This document shows positions 24,491-38,800 of a stretch of 64,000 bases of DNA, piece after piece; the first letter of the stretch is position 1, and each line of letters opens with the position of its first letter. This stretch comes from Oopsacas minuta (taxonomy: Eukaryota > Animalia > Porifera). Under the pieces are notes generated by a model. It saw nothing but the letters and a program-made list of their open reading frames with translations. It was not told the DNA's origin and did not search any database. The translations under genes were made by a program, and so were the position numbers. Location: the NCBI GenBank assembly GCA_024704765.1, contig JAKMXF010000299.1:878556-942555 (forward strand), written 5' to 3'.

Positions 24491-24856
24491 TTTTGCTGAC
24501 CCTACTACATACCCAAACAGTTGAGAGTACATGAGGTGGAACTAAGAAACAGCAGAGGAATTGTATGACTACTAACCCCATACTGTTAGATACTCACTTA
24601 ACCGAAGTTTGTTGGCAGAAAAAATATGGACGAGCTAGTTTCTCAAACCTAATCATGGAAATAAGGAAACAATATCCAGCTGTCTAATTGTTGTTATGAT
24701 AGTTATCAGTTACCTGTAATTAGTACCATACTTCTGCTTTTGGTGTTTCTTTTTGGCAGTACTTGTTATATTGTAAACTTGTAGTTAAAGTAGTACATAG
24801 AAAGCTTAATACTAATTATTTACTCCAAATATAACTACTACCCATAGTATTATATC

Positions 24857-25130
24857 CAAAGCATTAAAGGGGCGGGCTCCATTTATGATTCAGGAACTGA
24901 TGGTGGAGCCGCGCCCCATTTTGAAGGAGCGTACACACTGGGATGCGCTCCTTTTTAATTGCAAACAATTATTAATTTTCATCGTGATTCTGCCTAAAAT
25001 TCAGTATTCTTGCTATAAAAGTGGATACTGGGGCACTTTTGTATAATTCACAATTATTGAAATGGTTTGACTTTGCAAATTTTGCAATTTCCAGAATGTA
25101 CAATGGTGTAATTCGATCTTAATTACTTAC
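24857..25130 (+). repeat. Truncated copy of the MITE at 59934-60373
   Basis: Shared AGCATTAAA start, CCATTTATGA, AAAATTCAGTA.TCTTG, TGGTTTGAC.TTGCA and GAATGTACAATGG. Confidence 0.7.
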
Positions 25131-26124
25131 ACATCAAAATACTACTATATCTCAATTATTGTTTATTCGTGCGTTGAAAGGAAAGGATTTACGGTATGAA
25201 ATTTTGAAATTGTCGTGTAACTATGTATTTATCATGTTTATCAAGGAAGTAAATAGAATTCAATGAAACTGCACTAAATATATCGAACATGCTGAATCTG
25301 ATTTTCACACTCTTTATTTTGAAGATTATAAATTATAAAATTTCAAATTCGTAATAGATTCATACTTTCAACAGCTATACTGGGGTAACCAAAATACTTT
25401 TGGCGACATAAAGTGGGCAGATTAAGGATTATGACTGTATCATATTTGCTACGGTTAAGATTATGAGTTTATTGCCATAGGTCGGAGTGTCGACAAGAAT
25501 AACTCGAAGGCCGTAGCACCGAATGTCGATAAGAAGCGTTCGCAACCGCTTTGCGCGACCCGGAGTCTCCCTATCTGAGTAAGAAGCGGCGGCGGGGCTG
25601 CAGAGCAAGATGTGGTTCAAGAAATTAGGAGCGCTTAATGATCTGATTATATCCAGGCATGGGGGTATCAAATATATAATATTCTGTCCCCATAATAATT
25701 AGAAATCCATGAAAATTTTGTTCCAACATTACAAAGGCCACTTGCAAGAATCTAGATCAATAACTATGCGATTATATAGTACATGAATTGTTTCTATCAT
25801 ACAACCTAGTCTCGTTGATACGAACACAAATGAACTGTCAAAATTATTTCGCCTTAGTCGGAGTAATACAAATTGAACAACAATTGTAGGTGACAAAATA
25901 TATGCAAATATATATGCGCCTTACTCAAGAATTCTATTAACTGGGTTTGAATTAACGAGGTGCCACTATGTACATAGGGGCAGTTCAAACTATACCTCAC
26001 GTAACTAGGCGAGTGGGATGGTTTTTGATGTGTGACAGTCCCATTCATTCTGAAAACGGTGAAAATTCGTAACACAGGAGAAGAGCATTTCAAAATTTGG
26101 GAATTTTGCATTAAGAAACGCACA

Positions 26125-26720
26125 CTTGACAACCTGAATGAAGAAAGAAGCGGGACATAATGGACTGATTGAGTGGGACATCGTCGGATATAACATATGT
26201 ATTTGACTGGACTACAAAATAGAGGGACAAGTAAGGGCTTGGCAAGTATTGGATAAACATCAGCCTCATTCGCAGTCAACACATATCCGGGCCGAGAAAT
26301 CGGGATATCCTGCTAACCAACGGAAAAGGTGGCGAGCATGGTAACGTTTGACGACTTCATATACAGAATGCAATTTAGCGTTGCTGACAGAATGATCTTA
26401 TGACCAGCTTTTCTTTAATGTACAGAATTACCTGCAGTGAAATACATTGAATAGCAAACAAATGAACCTGAAAGAGTTGAGCAACAAGTGTGTACAATCT
26501 CAATATCAACAGCATGAGCATTCCTATGGTAGTTGTAATGTATAAATCAATAGAATTTGTTTATAGTGGGTAATATGATTTCCCCCATAGGATTTGGCTT
26601 AGTAGGGAAATTTTTGTATCATGTCAATTTTCATCCGAATTTCGAGTTCTTGAACGCCGCATATAGTGATTTTCTGACCTCATGAAAAAGTTGGGGGGTG
26701 TAAGGTTCTGTAATTGTACC
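26125..26720 (-). repeat. About 590-bp repeat, empty copy
   Basis: Uninterrupted across the Buster site, with a single CTCAACTC target. Confidence 0.85.
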
Positions 26721-27949
26721 GTCTGGTTCGGAATAGCACAAACAAGACTAAGTTGCCAGATCAAGGATTCTAAAAAAAGTGACGTAATGACAATCTATTA
26801 GTAGCGCTTAAGAAAGGTATAATAACGCATAATTATTGACTATTACTAACCACATATTCTTGTCTTGATGTCTAATTTGAATGAAATCTCGAATATAAGA
26901 ATAAAACAGGTAGCTTTCAATAGTCTTCAAAGGATAAATTATAGTCTTTCTATATTCATATTCAAGTGTCTATAACATTAATAGAAATATAGATTTTTCC
27001 TGGCTTCAGTATTAACATAATTAAAGAATCCTTTGGTGTAACTCTATACTAATGAATGTACAAATAGTAAATACTACTCGTTTTGACTTTAGATTACAAA
27101 ATTTCATTCTAAGAGGGGTAATAAGACACGACCTCCAAAACGGCCAAAATATCAAGAATTTTGATAAATTCCAAACTCATACTCCGTTTCCTTCTTTTGC
27201 AGTCCTTATTAAGTAGCTTTTTGCTTTGGCTTAGGGTATTATCTGTAGATGAATAATTGGATACCAGTCTACATATTGCATTGCCTTTCCAGGGAAAGTC
27301 GAAATATATTCCATAGTAGTTAATTCTTAAACTTAGCTTCGAAGTTTAAACTAGCATGAAGGTTTGTATTGATTATAGAAACGCCTGACCTATATTTGCT
27401 GGGTAGAGAGAGAAACTTTAGTGAACACGAGCCCAGGGCCCGTGCTCACTAAATTTTGCACCCCTACCCTCACTCTCGAAGCTGCTGCGTGTAAGTATGA
27501 GGCGCAAGGACGGGAGGATGACGGTACGGTTTAGGGCCAGCAGTTAGTCCAACTCCAGGGATTTCCCAGGCATTCACCTCACTTGAATTGTCTCCTGCAA
27601 AATCGCGAAAACAAGAGTGCCTTCAAGTTGATATATGCATGGGATGCCCGCGAAAACGTTGTTCTATGGAAATACTATCTACAACTTGTACACCTTCTCC
27701 TACGATGTAAAACACCTGAGCAGGTCTACGTAAATTTTAAGATTTCAACTATTTGTTTACTGTAATAGTCATACAAACAACAATAAATTTGAATAAAAGA
27801 AATTTGAAAATGCAAAAACTCAGATTCAGCTTACTTTGTTACCATATATGTCTGTTGAAATTAATTCTCTACGTATATTTGGAGATTTCAGTTATTTGTT
27901 TACTTTGTATTCATAAAAATAACAGTACATTTATATATAATTAATCACA

Positions 27950-28424
27950 AAGCATGGAAATCGGATTCAGCATGTTCGATATATTTGTGAAGTTTGATTT
28001 AACTTTATTTACTTACTTGATAAACACCAGAAACACATAGTTGTGCAACACAATGATAAATTTGCATACCATAAATCCTTGCCTTGACAACAGACAAAAC
28101 AAACACAGAGATAACAGACAAACAGACAACAATTGAGATTTAATGATATAGATATTATTGATTTGTGAATATACTGTTGTTTTTATGAATATCAAAGTAA
28201 ACAAATTAGCCAAATTTAAAAATATACATACAGGCTTACTCTAAACGGCTACAAAAGGTTTGATCTTATAAAACAATTCAATAACATATAAGACAAATAC
28301 GTATTACATACTTATAAATATATCTTTATAATAATACTTAAAGGGGCCGTCAATTTGGAAAATAATGGATACCTAGAGGCGCAATGCGACGAGTCAATCG
28401 CGAAGCGACCTGCCAAAGGCTCGT
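27950..28424. repeat. Helitron-like repeat pieces (5' part on minus, 3' part on plus)
   Basis: Homologous to 58414-58897. The 3' end CGCGAAGCGACCTGCCAAAGGCTCGT is identical to 52801-52826. Confidence 0.6.
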
Positions 28425-29768
28425 GGATATGCACATTCACATTTTATTGCAATTTACTAATATAGGCGTATTTGCGAAATTGACTCATTCTTTCTCGTGT
28501 TTTCGGAAGTATTTAGTGTTTCCTACTTGTTATTCTTGTATACTGTGTAGCTGTTAGCGCATTGGCGGACGCTCTGCAGGGTTGCTAATTATCAAACACC
28601 AATACCGAAGTAGGGACTACCTATAGCTACTCTACATGAGTGGAGGTCGTTGGTTGCTCATCGTAGTTTTTGAATAAGATTTTGAGGATTATGTGCTCGA
28701 ATTGTTTCTGCGACAAGTTCATCTCATTCTTTGTGTCTAGTCTTTTGCGGCTCTTGCGTCAATCCGAACTTTCTGAAGCGTGTAGGTATGAGGCGCGAGG
28801 GGAGTGACGCTTCGGCTTGGGGCTCGCATACTACAGGGTGGCCATTAAGTTCTGTCCCATTCTTTGATTCAATATCACATAAATTCTAATTAGGCTACCA
28901 CAAGTTTAATACAATTAAACCACTCTCAGAAACATTGTACTTTATATTTTATAGCTATATGCTGTTTATTCAATTTATCTTGTACAATATTCTATGGATT
29001 GTGAAAGGGCTGCCATTATTGAATTATTTTCTAAAGGTAAATCACAAGGCGAAATTTTAAAATTGCTGAATTTTAAAAAATCAAGGAGAAAGTTCGTATA
29101 TAGAACTATCCTACATTATCAGAAGACGAGCAGCATTCAGGAGATGCCCCGAAGTGGTCGTCCTAAGTCTATCACTACTCCCAGGATGAAGAATTTAGTT
29201 AGGGACCGAATAAGAAGGAATCCTCTACGATGCATGAGGAAAATGGCAGCTGAGGTCCACATATCCAAAGTATCGATGCAAGATTTAGTCAAGAATGAAT
29301 TGGATTTCAGGTCGTATAAAAGGGAAACTGTTCATTTCCTTTCGGAGACTATTAAGCTGAAAAGGCTCTCGAAAAGCAAGGGTCTTCTTACTCGGCTCGA
29401 AATTGAAAATCTTGACCGGTTTCTGTTCTCTGATGAAAAATTGTTCAGTATAGAGCAGGCTACTAACAAACAGAATGACAGAATATTAGCTCCAAACTCT
29501 TCAAGCATCCCTGAGGACAGGCACGTAGCTAGAGCAAGACATTCAAGGGGGCAAGAAGTATTTCGGGAGGGCAATTGCAGGGATAAATATTTTTGAAAAG
29601 TTAATTACTTGTGTATAACAAATACGACCCAGTCTCCTTTTCTTACATGTATAACCTTTTTAATTCATAAAGTACCAGATTGCTAAGCTAGGGAGCATTA
29701 GATTAATCTACATTATAATAAGAGCATTTATTAAGATACTTAACTCAATTCAGGGATACTATTTGACA

Positions 29769-32080
29769 TTACAAAAGAAAGCGGCGGTGCTTCATCTGCT
29801 TAAAATGTTCGATCACATCATTATAACAAAGTGTTTCTGCAATATCTTTTTCAATAGATAACAGGGCAAGATGGTTGAGACGCTCAGTGGTCATTTGTGA
29901 GCGCAAACGTGCTTTTATTCTCTTAACAGATGAGAACATTCTCTCAACCTTGCAAGACGTCTGAGGGATAGTCACAAGAATTTGGTATAAGTTGAAAACA
30001 TCAGGGAAAATATCTTTGTCAATCACATCCAGTACATCGATCAAAGTATTTAGCTGAGATTCATCTTTCCGAGCAATAACCGAACGGAAACTTCTATTTC
30101 ACAATCTTTGATATCTATTGCATACAGTTCAGATAGTGTATTCAATCCCTGTTTGTTAAGAAAGTTTTGAGACCTTGGTAAGCAGCAATCAGCAGCCTTC
30201 ATGATGCCTGATTGATCTGTACCAAAACGGGCATCCAATTCTGCTAAGATCTCGCGGACATTTTGGCGTAACAATATTTCAAGCTCTTCAAAGTTGGATG
30301 CGTTTGTGTGTCCAACAGAGCTATTTAGATATCCTTCTCTAAACCTTTCTAGAAGACGCGTTGCCTGATTGTGTCTCTTACATCAAAATTTTCGATTTCA
30401 TATTTACCGGACAAATCTTTGGCATATTCGACAACCTTGTCAAAATCGAAATTGATCAACCTTTCCCTCAGATCGGCAAGTAATATCAAACAAGAAACAG
30501 TTGCTGTCGACTTCTGAAAAGCTTTAGTGCAAAAATCAGAGTAATCATACAGCCTACCAAAGTAAACTAAGATGGTCATAAATTTCTTTGTTTGTAGACT
30601 ACCTAGTAAAGATTTAGCTGCTAAACTTGTGTCTGCATCATTATCATTTCCAAATATGCTTAAAGTATCAAGTATGCAATCAAACCGACGCAGAAACCTT
30701 TCCACCTCCAAAGAACGGGAAGACCAACGAGTACTACATGAACGTGTAAGTTCAAGAGCTTGGACGTTGGGATAGCGCTCATCCTGGACGTCTATGAAAA
30801 CTGCATGTCGCTTTGTTCCATTCATGAACGAATACGTCAAATCCAATATATCAAAGAAAGATTTCATCAGAGGATGTCGTTCAGCAGTTGCAGCTAATAC
30901 TAAGTTAAGCCTATGTGAAGCACAATGAACATATGTGGCATTGCGATAACCTGCCCCTTTCATGCGGGCTTGGACACCACCGTATATTCCTGACATAACA
31001 CTAGCCCCGTCGTAACCCTGCCCTACACATTTCAGAGGATCGAGCTCAAAATGCTTAAGTAGCTCTATCAGTTTTTCAGAGATGGTGCCCGCATCCATGT
31101 CCTTCAATTCAATAAGCCAATAGCTCTTTCTCGGACATTACCTTTATGGATATATCGCAAAGAAGCACCTAACAACTCCTTCTTAGATGCATCTTTTACT
31201 TCGTCAGCTAGAATAGCATAACAAGACGCGATTTCTACTTCACTTTTAACATAGTCTAGAAGCACTGAAGCGAGTGATGTAAGCAAATCATTTTGAATAT
31301 CTGGACTTAGCATTTTTGCATTTCCTGGAAGACTTTCTATCCTCTTGGTCACATTGCTATCATATTTTCCTAAAAGTTCTAATATTTCAAGAAAGTTCCC
31401 TTTATTAAGCGACTGATCTGATTCATCATCTCCTCGAAGAGGAATATCTTGTTTGGCACAAAAAGTAATAATGTCAAGAACAGTCATTAAATGTTTCCGA
31501 TTGTCATCTATGAATTTCTCATTTCGAAAATTGGGATCCAGTTGCTTATCTACCGACCCTATTATTTGATGAATTGCCCAGACTTTCTGTGTTTCAACAG
31601 CTGCCATATGACACACAGAACTATCGTGCTTCCTGCACTTGTCGCCAAGTTTCCTCCAGTCACAAAGTCCTTTTGTTGAAAACGTTGCTTCAGCTGTTGA
31701 TCCTCCAAAAAGCCGACACGGTTGGCAAAATATAGCATCGAGTTCTTTGCTATACTCTATCCAGGAGAATTGGGCATACCAATGAGTACTAAAATGTCTA
31801 CCGGCCTCATTTTTTGGGAAGATAATAGAAGGCTGCCTCGGTTTCTCACCATTTTTGGACAAATCATTTACTGTCACAATTGGTGATTGTATATGAGTCG
31901 TGTTTAAACTTGGAGTTGAAATAGTTGTACAAGAATCGGAAGTTAAGGGGTCGCAACTTGAAGACTCGTAACAACAGGCTCTTCCTCCTCATAATTTGAA
32001 GAGACAACATGATCTTCGATTTCTATTCGATTTCTTTTAAAATATGCCTGAACTTTGCTTTGTTGTAGTCTTTTAGTCAT
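29769..32080 (-). pseudogene. hAT transposase (TTF-type Zn finger, DUF4371-like region, DDE core, dimerisation domain), frameshifted
   Basis: WIEYSKELDAIFCQPC, LRGDDES...GNFLEIL, ILADEVKD, GQGYDGASVM, HCASHRLNLV and CKVERMFS spread over four ORFs. Confidence 0.9.
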
Positions 32081-32470
32081 CGAGAATTGTTAGAGATACG
32101 AGTCACTGAACTGATTGAAGAACAGAAAATGTGAAAGATTTGAGATATAGAATGACTTTATAACTTATAGAGAATATCTGAAATTGGCTTCACTCATGTG
32201 TAAATTTCAAAACAAGCTTTGAAAACTGAAACCCTAAGAGCATCACCAATGCTTCAATTACTTCAATGGACAGTCTAACTTCTGACAACAATTACTAGCG
32301 GTCGTGGTAATTCAATTAAAATTATAGTAGAAATTCAGTGCCTGTCAAAATAGAACAAGTTTACTATCAATGAGCGTTACTTCCTGTCTAGTATTAAAAC
32401 CATCATCGCAACGCGAGTTATTAATTTCATAGTTTTGACGAAGCAGTTGAAGTACATAGGCTATTAACTA

Positions 32471-32610
32471 CAGTGGAGTTCGCTTATTAGCAACTCGGAT
32501 TTTGCAGAGATTTGGTTGCTAATAGGGCAACGAAATTAACATTATAATCCCGTTTGGGACCCAAGAGCTGGTTGCTAATAGAGCAATATTACTAATAAGC
32601 TAACTACATT
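32471..32610. mobile_element. Degenerate pogo-like MITE inside the 5' region of the hAT
   Basis: TA-CAGTGGAGTTCGCTTATTAG with a degenerate inverse CTAATAAGCTAACTACATTA. Confidence 0.55.
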
Positions 32611-33343
32611 ATATATAAAAACGAAAACTTCCAAATTTATCTGGGGGGGCGAGAAAAACTTTTGGGGGGGCAACTGGCCCCCCTTGCCGCCCCCGTAGCT
32701 ACATGCCTGCCTGAGGATATTTTGTATGTAGCTAGGACACACGACCCCGATCTATTATGGTATGGGTCGGTATTTCGGCGAATGGACGGACTCCGCTAAT
32801 ATTTGTACCTGAAGAGGTCAAGATAAATGCTGCAACCTATCGGCAGTTGATCCTTGAACCAGTAATTAAACACTCGAGCAGAAATATATTTAGAAATCAA
32901 CCATTTGTCTTCCAACAAGACGGTGCTCTGGCTCACGCTGCCAATATCACTCAAAAATGGTTACATGAGAAAATTTCAGGATTTCTTTCAAAGGACGAAT
33001 GACCTCCCTCAAGTTCAGATTTGAACCCAATGGACTTCTCGATCTGGGCCATATTGAAAGCAAAGGCTTGTGCAAAGTCTCAGACCAATTTGGACTCTCT
33101 GAAGAGATCATTGGTCAAAGAGTGGGAAAAGATTCCTCAGGAGGTCCTGCGAGACGCAGTGGAGTCCTTTCCGACGCGACTAAGAAGTGTAGTCAAGAAC
33201 AAAGGTGGCTACATAGAGTAGGATTTGTTTATGTATTGCTAGACATATCTATTGGATATATGCCAAGTAATAATCTATAAGAATGGCTGCATAAATAGTT
33301 ATCGCTATTCAGAGAGGGGACAGAACTTATTGGCCACCCTGTA

Positions 33344-34236
33344 GAAGAATACGATTCAACTCTGGCAGAAAAGGTTAAAATAATAAGGACTGATGTGGCT
33401 TACTTAGCTGACATATTCGAGAAACTGAATATGGTGAATTAGCAGCTACAAGGTAATAATACTACTCTTATTCAAGCGAAGGGCGTTGTTCTATCATACT
33501 TAAGTAAACTAACCTTGTTCCGACAGAATATTGCGCGTCGTGAATTTGGGCAGAAACTTTGTTTAAGTGAACTGGATATGGCAAATAATAACATCACTAC
33601 AGATGACAACAATCATATTTACTGTTCACATGTTGATTCCCTTAGCGAAGATTTGTTGTTTCGATTCAAAGATGTAACCGAGTTAGTTATCCCTAATTTT
33701 GTGATAAATCCATTTAGAACAAATATAGAAACTTTGGATCCACAATTTCAAGAAGAATTCATCGATTTGCAGAATGATATCGAATGCAATGCCATATTCA
33801 CCCAATGTGGATATAGTGCATTCTGGATGAAGAAGGAAGTCTCTGAATGCTATCCCCATATTTTTCAAATTGTAAAATTGATGTTTGTTGCATTTCCATC
33901 ATCATATCTTGTCGAAAAGGGATTCAGCACAGTAGTTAATCTGCTCACTTACTAAAGAATTAGACTGGAAATAGCAACAAGAGGCGACTTGAGACTCTTT
34001 CTGACGCAGCTAGAACCGGATGTAGTCACACTAGCAAAGAGCCACCAAAGTCAAGGATCACATGTTCCAACGTATACTGATACTTAGATTAGTCCCTAGA
34101 TACTCTATCAGTCTATCTTTAATATTTCTATATAGTCAGTAATTAAAAACTGATTCAATAAAGTATTAAATAGGGGCGTTCTGTAAGTAATAAGTCTATA
34201 AGGGGGCGTTAAATTGGTAAAGGTTGGGAAACACTA
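33344..34236 (+). mobile_element. 3' half of a Buster-type hAT
   Basis: AYLADIFEKLN, FPSSYLVEKGFS and GDLRLFLTQLEPD. Right TIR AAGGTTGGGAAACACTA followed by GTCTAGTG. Confidence 0.85.
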
Positions 34237-34947
34237 GTCTAGTGCAATTGAGGGGTCTGTAGCTATTTTTGGGTGAATAACGTATATAACGACTGTAAAC
34301 TGCAATATTTTCTGCGCTTTGGATAAATAAGATGTTCAATGTCGTTGATTCGAAGTACAAATAACTCCTGAAATTTGTAGATATACTGAAGCTATCATCA
34401 TTTTCACTATCATGATGTAATGAATCTCACATTTCACATATAGAAATATTCTCATTTTTCGAAAAGACGTTATAGGATGGCCAATAGGCTGATATTTTGG
34501 AAAAATGCTCCAAATTTGGACCACTATCAAACGCAAAATAATGATCTTTGATAAAGTTCAATTGTGAAATATTGAAATATAAATTTACAGAAATATTCTT
34601 AATAATTGAAGTAGGATAATAGAATATGAAATAATGGAGTATTAAAATGAAATTAATATTTTAGAAGTTAAAATTATCAGCGATACCATATATATAACTT
34701 AGTGGTTCTATATTTCCAAATACTATACGATTGTAATAGACTCATGCTTATGGCTATACTTAGCTTAGATTGAATGATGGCTCCAAAGATTCTCATATTG
34801 TTAATACAGCATGTCATAGGGATTGTTATAGCTGTAAATATCGAATTAACTTTATGAAACCTGGATGTGCATAACTAATACCCGATTGAAATCCATTGTG
34901 CCATCCTTCTACAGAGTTGGTGTTCGGGAGAATTCTAAGTGCATCCT

Positions 34948-36140
34948 CAGGGACGTAGCTAGCCTCACAATCCCGGGTGGGTAAGATTTTCAAAGTTTAG
35001 TCAGAATGAGTTTTGAGAGCCAAAAGCAAGCAAAACAGCTTGGGTACTAACCAAGCATAAGTGCATCATATTATATACTACTCATCCTATATCTTCATTC
35101 AGCCCATTATTATTACAACAATAACAGCAGCAGCAACAGTAGTAACAACAACAACAAAACAAAACAGTAATACATATTTCAAAAGCTACATGATCCATTT
35201 TTTCTATACTATTAGAATAGATTAATATAACTTTTGAATGAATTGATCTTTCAAAATTGCAGTGGCATACATCGAATTTTCATTCTGCTAAATGTGACGA
35301 TCATAGAATCAAAATCAATAGAATAAGTAAGGTCTTTTTCAATACATATTAAAGCTAGGGAGCTTAGTCTTTCTTCACACATTGTCGACCTCAGATACCA
35401 CTTAGTCATTTTCAGGTAACTGATAGATCGTTCAGCAGTTGCAGATAACACTGCCATACTTCCAAGAACAAGGTAAAGCACTGTCAAATTGGGATAGAGG
35501 TTGTTTAGGTCAGTTTTTTTTTAACAGCTAGCAGCATTTCCTGGATAATCTGGGGGTTTTATGGACACAATATTTCACCCTCTGAAAGGAAGTTGATGAT
35601 ATGCTCGTATTCAGAAACTACCAGGTTTTTGTCTACATGCTTTTCATAAAAAGAAGCAAGGAATTTTATGACCTCTAGCTTCTTCGTACTCAGTTTGCTG
35701 ATATTTTCAGGCATTAGACAAGAAAACATTACTACCACATCTTGAAAATCCTCAAACCTGGACTCCAATTCAGCCATAATTGTATCATATATGCAATAGA
35801 AAATATTGATTCTAAATCTATCACCTGGATCACTAAATGGCTGATCATTAGTAGATTCACCAGGAATCTTCTTCTTTCTAATTCTCGAGACATTAAATTC
35901 GTTTCAACATCCTCTTCTTCCGCAATTTTGAGTGCAGCAGCTAGCAAATCATAAAATGTTGATATGTTCGATTTTTCTCTAAAGTTTTTAAAGCAGATTC
36001 AACTTCCACACTTGCTGTAACTAAATCCATAGCCTTGCCCTGTAGGTATTCTGAAAGATTTTGACGTCTATTCGTACTAGAAAATGTAGATTCAATAGCT
36101 TGGAGCCCTAGAGAACTTTCTCTCTAACTGGTAACCCTGT
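34948..36140 (-). mobile_element. Degenerate hAT (ZMYM1-like) relic
   Basis: End CAGGGACGTAGCTAG and SATAERSISYLK...STMCEERLSSLAL dimerisation domain. Other end and TSD not confirmed. Confidence 0.7.
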
Positions 36141-37299
36141 ATGTTTTCTTGTTATGCCTATCAAAATTTTTCTCTTCCTTGTGGCACCACAATAACCACA
36201 TTCTAATCTTTCCTTGCTTGACATAGTGTAGCTAGCGATGAAGGCGATAATGTAAATTTGGTGACTGAAAAAACTTAAAGATATTTAGGTAAATGAGAGT
36301 ATACTATTGGCCTAAAAATGAAACAAGCGATGTGCAAAAATTCCGGACCGCTCAGCGTAGGTATTGAAAAAATTACCCCTAAAGACAAAAATTATTCCAG
36401 CGATAAAAATTTAAAAAAGAAGCACAATGACTAATACACACTATAAATAGAATCAAAACTGTCGTTGCACGAAGTGCCTCTGATATCTCGAATTTCGAGT
36501 AGTGTCTTCTCATCCCTCAATTTCCTCAATTTCCTCACAATTTTTGCTCCGGGTGAGCAAGCTACCCACCCGGAAATGTGTTGGCTTCGCCATTGACCAT
36601 ATGTTGGTTAGTGTAAAATGTAAAATGGTCGATGAAGGAGTATTAAAAATCGCGTTCTCTGGAGGCCATGTTAGAGTAACTCTAACATAGCTTGCCATGT
36701 AGACGCACCCTCATCTCTTCGTGGTTACCCGGACCAATCAGATAATGTTATTAAGCGGAGTTGACTGTACATAATTTTGAATCGCTAAATTTATCATAAA
36801 TGTTTTAGAAGTTCTAAGGAATACATCATAAAATATACATTAAACCATGCTCAATGACCCTTCTAAGTCACCGATTTAAAAAGGGAGGAAAATGATTGAG
36901 TTTCACCATCTAGTAGAGTTAATGAATAAATAACAAATCAATTCGCAAAAATTGAGAAGTACGTAATTGATGTGGGAGTTGAATGGTGGAACATGGGTAC
37001 ATGTAGCGTGAAACATCATTAACAATAAACTACAATCATTATTAGTGAATTTGCATTTTGTAAGTAATAGTAAAATTGACTCTGTATATATATATATTCA
37101 TTAAATTGGAAGGCAACACCTAGAGGCAAACAAAAACTACTCATTCCTAAAAGTACCCAGGTTCACAACCCTAAGTGTAATGTAGAAAGTGAACAAGTTG
37201 TGGATACATTGTTCTAGGTTCGCTCTGGAATTGACTTTGAGATTGAAAGCTGTGAATCAGGAGAAGTCTATCTCGAAATCACAGAATGGGATAGTTGTG

Positions 37300-38800
37300 C
37301 ATTACTGATTCGAACCATAGACTGTAATTAGTCAATAATTGGGCAAATCTATTTTCCTCCAAGTTTCATGATGTAAACAATATGTGTGATTTGAAGTTTG
37401 GCTATTATCGGTTGAACAAGTCTGATAGCCGTAAGATAATTAGTCCTTTCTTTCGAGCAAGAGCAGACTGTAAATTCCCTAATTGTAGAGCATATGCATT
37501 TTATATTGAGGACGAGAGTTATTTAAATAATCGTGTATTTGCCAATTTGTATTTTGAAGAATCTCTTTCAACTCATCATACAGATGGTACGAGTGCCCAT
37601 AGTCGTCTTTTATTTTGTAGCGAGCAGAGAATTATGAGAGGATTGTTAGTTAATTATTCTGTAAGCAAAACATTTAATAAGCAATTCATTGATTCTGACA
37701 AAACTGGATGATTTTGTTATGGCAATTCAACGTATATAAAAGCCGTAGGATGTTTAAGGAAAGTTAAATCCGATATGAAATCCGTTAATAAGCTTTCTAA
37801 TTCTTAGATAGAAGATGTAGTAGCTACTTAGCAGTGCTTTCGTTATCTACTCCCTGATTCCGCTATTCTTGGTAATGTTCAGTACTTTGTGCAAGGTCCA
37901 TTTGTCATACATATGTATACTTCTAAACAACTAGAACTCTTAAAATATTAAGAGACATGATGTAGTTATAAATTTAGATGCTACTGGGTACCTAATTAGT
38001 AAACCGCTTTCATGCTCTAACAAAATATTTTATTATGCTATAACTATCCAGCATACTGAGTATTCCACCAGTCCAATACCAGTAGTAGAAATGATCAGAA
38101 GGATCATGGTACAGCTGAAACTTCACATTTCCTCAATAAAAGTTGTTTAAAAGCAAAATTAGTCATTAATAGAGACTTTGAAATAACTAAAGTAGAAATG
38201 GATTATAGCTGGGCTATGATACGTAGTTCTTGCTTAGCATTTAATAATTTAGTATTTTGAACTACATCCAAAACTGTGGAGGATTGTACGTAATAGTGAA
38301 AATCTAAATGTTACTACTGTTTTACATGTGTGTACAGCTCTTGTAGTGGACAGGATCAGATACAATATTTGGAAAAAAAGTCAAAAATGGATTATAGAGA
38401 ATAGTTCTACATGTTTTTGGTTGAATCTTAAATTGTAAACATTTATAAATTTATCGAAAATAAATTCCACGTTAAGTAATTAATTACAGTAATGTTAATA
38501 CAAATATGCCTAAGAACACAACTTGGGGAAATAATGTGCAAATATTTGGGTGGCTTTGTAATTGTAAACAGAGGTTTGGATTTTTACTGCTACTTTAAGA
38601 AACAAATGGATGGTCTTTCTGGATAAAGGGGCTATAGTAATTGATGTGCTTGAATCGCTCCAGGAAATCCTGAAGGCTCAATATACTTCAATTATAATGG
38701 GGTTCATTATGAACCTATTTTAGAGGAAGATAAGCTGTTTTTCCTAGGACTACACCCCAGTGAGAAAATGTATTCATATTCGGATCATGAATACTGTAGG
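37300..38800 (+). pseudogene. Mutator-like (NOF-FB/Phantom-type) transposase relic
   Basis: Across frames: FVIHMYTSKQL, INLDATG, KIFYYAIT, PIPVVEMI, DHGTAETSHFL and MDYSWAMI...AFNN. Heavily decayed. Confidence 0.6.

Larger units (their letters stand above)
29518..32709 (-). mobile_element. hAT element (P52rIPK/THAP12/ZMYM-like), 3192 bp
   Basis: TIRs CAGGCAYGTAGCTA, perfect 8-bp TSD CCTGAGGA (29510-29517 and 32710-32717). Confidence 0.95.
28834..33341 (+). mobile_element. maT (DD37D) transposon, copy 3, interrupted by a hAT
   Basis: TIRs CAGGGTGGCCAWTAAGTTCTGTCCC, TA TSD. Transposase 28994-29517 resumes at 32710 and ends GGYIE* at 33221. Confidence 0.93.
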
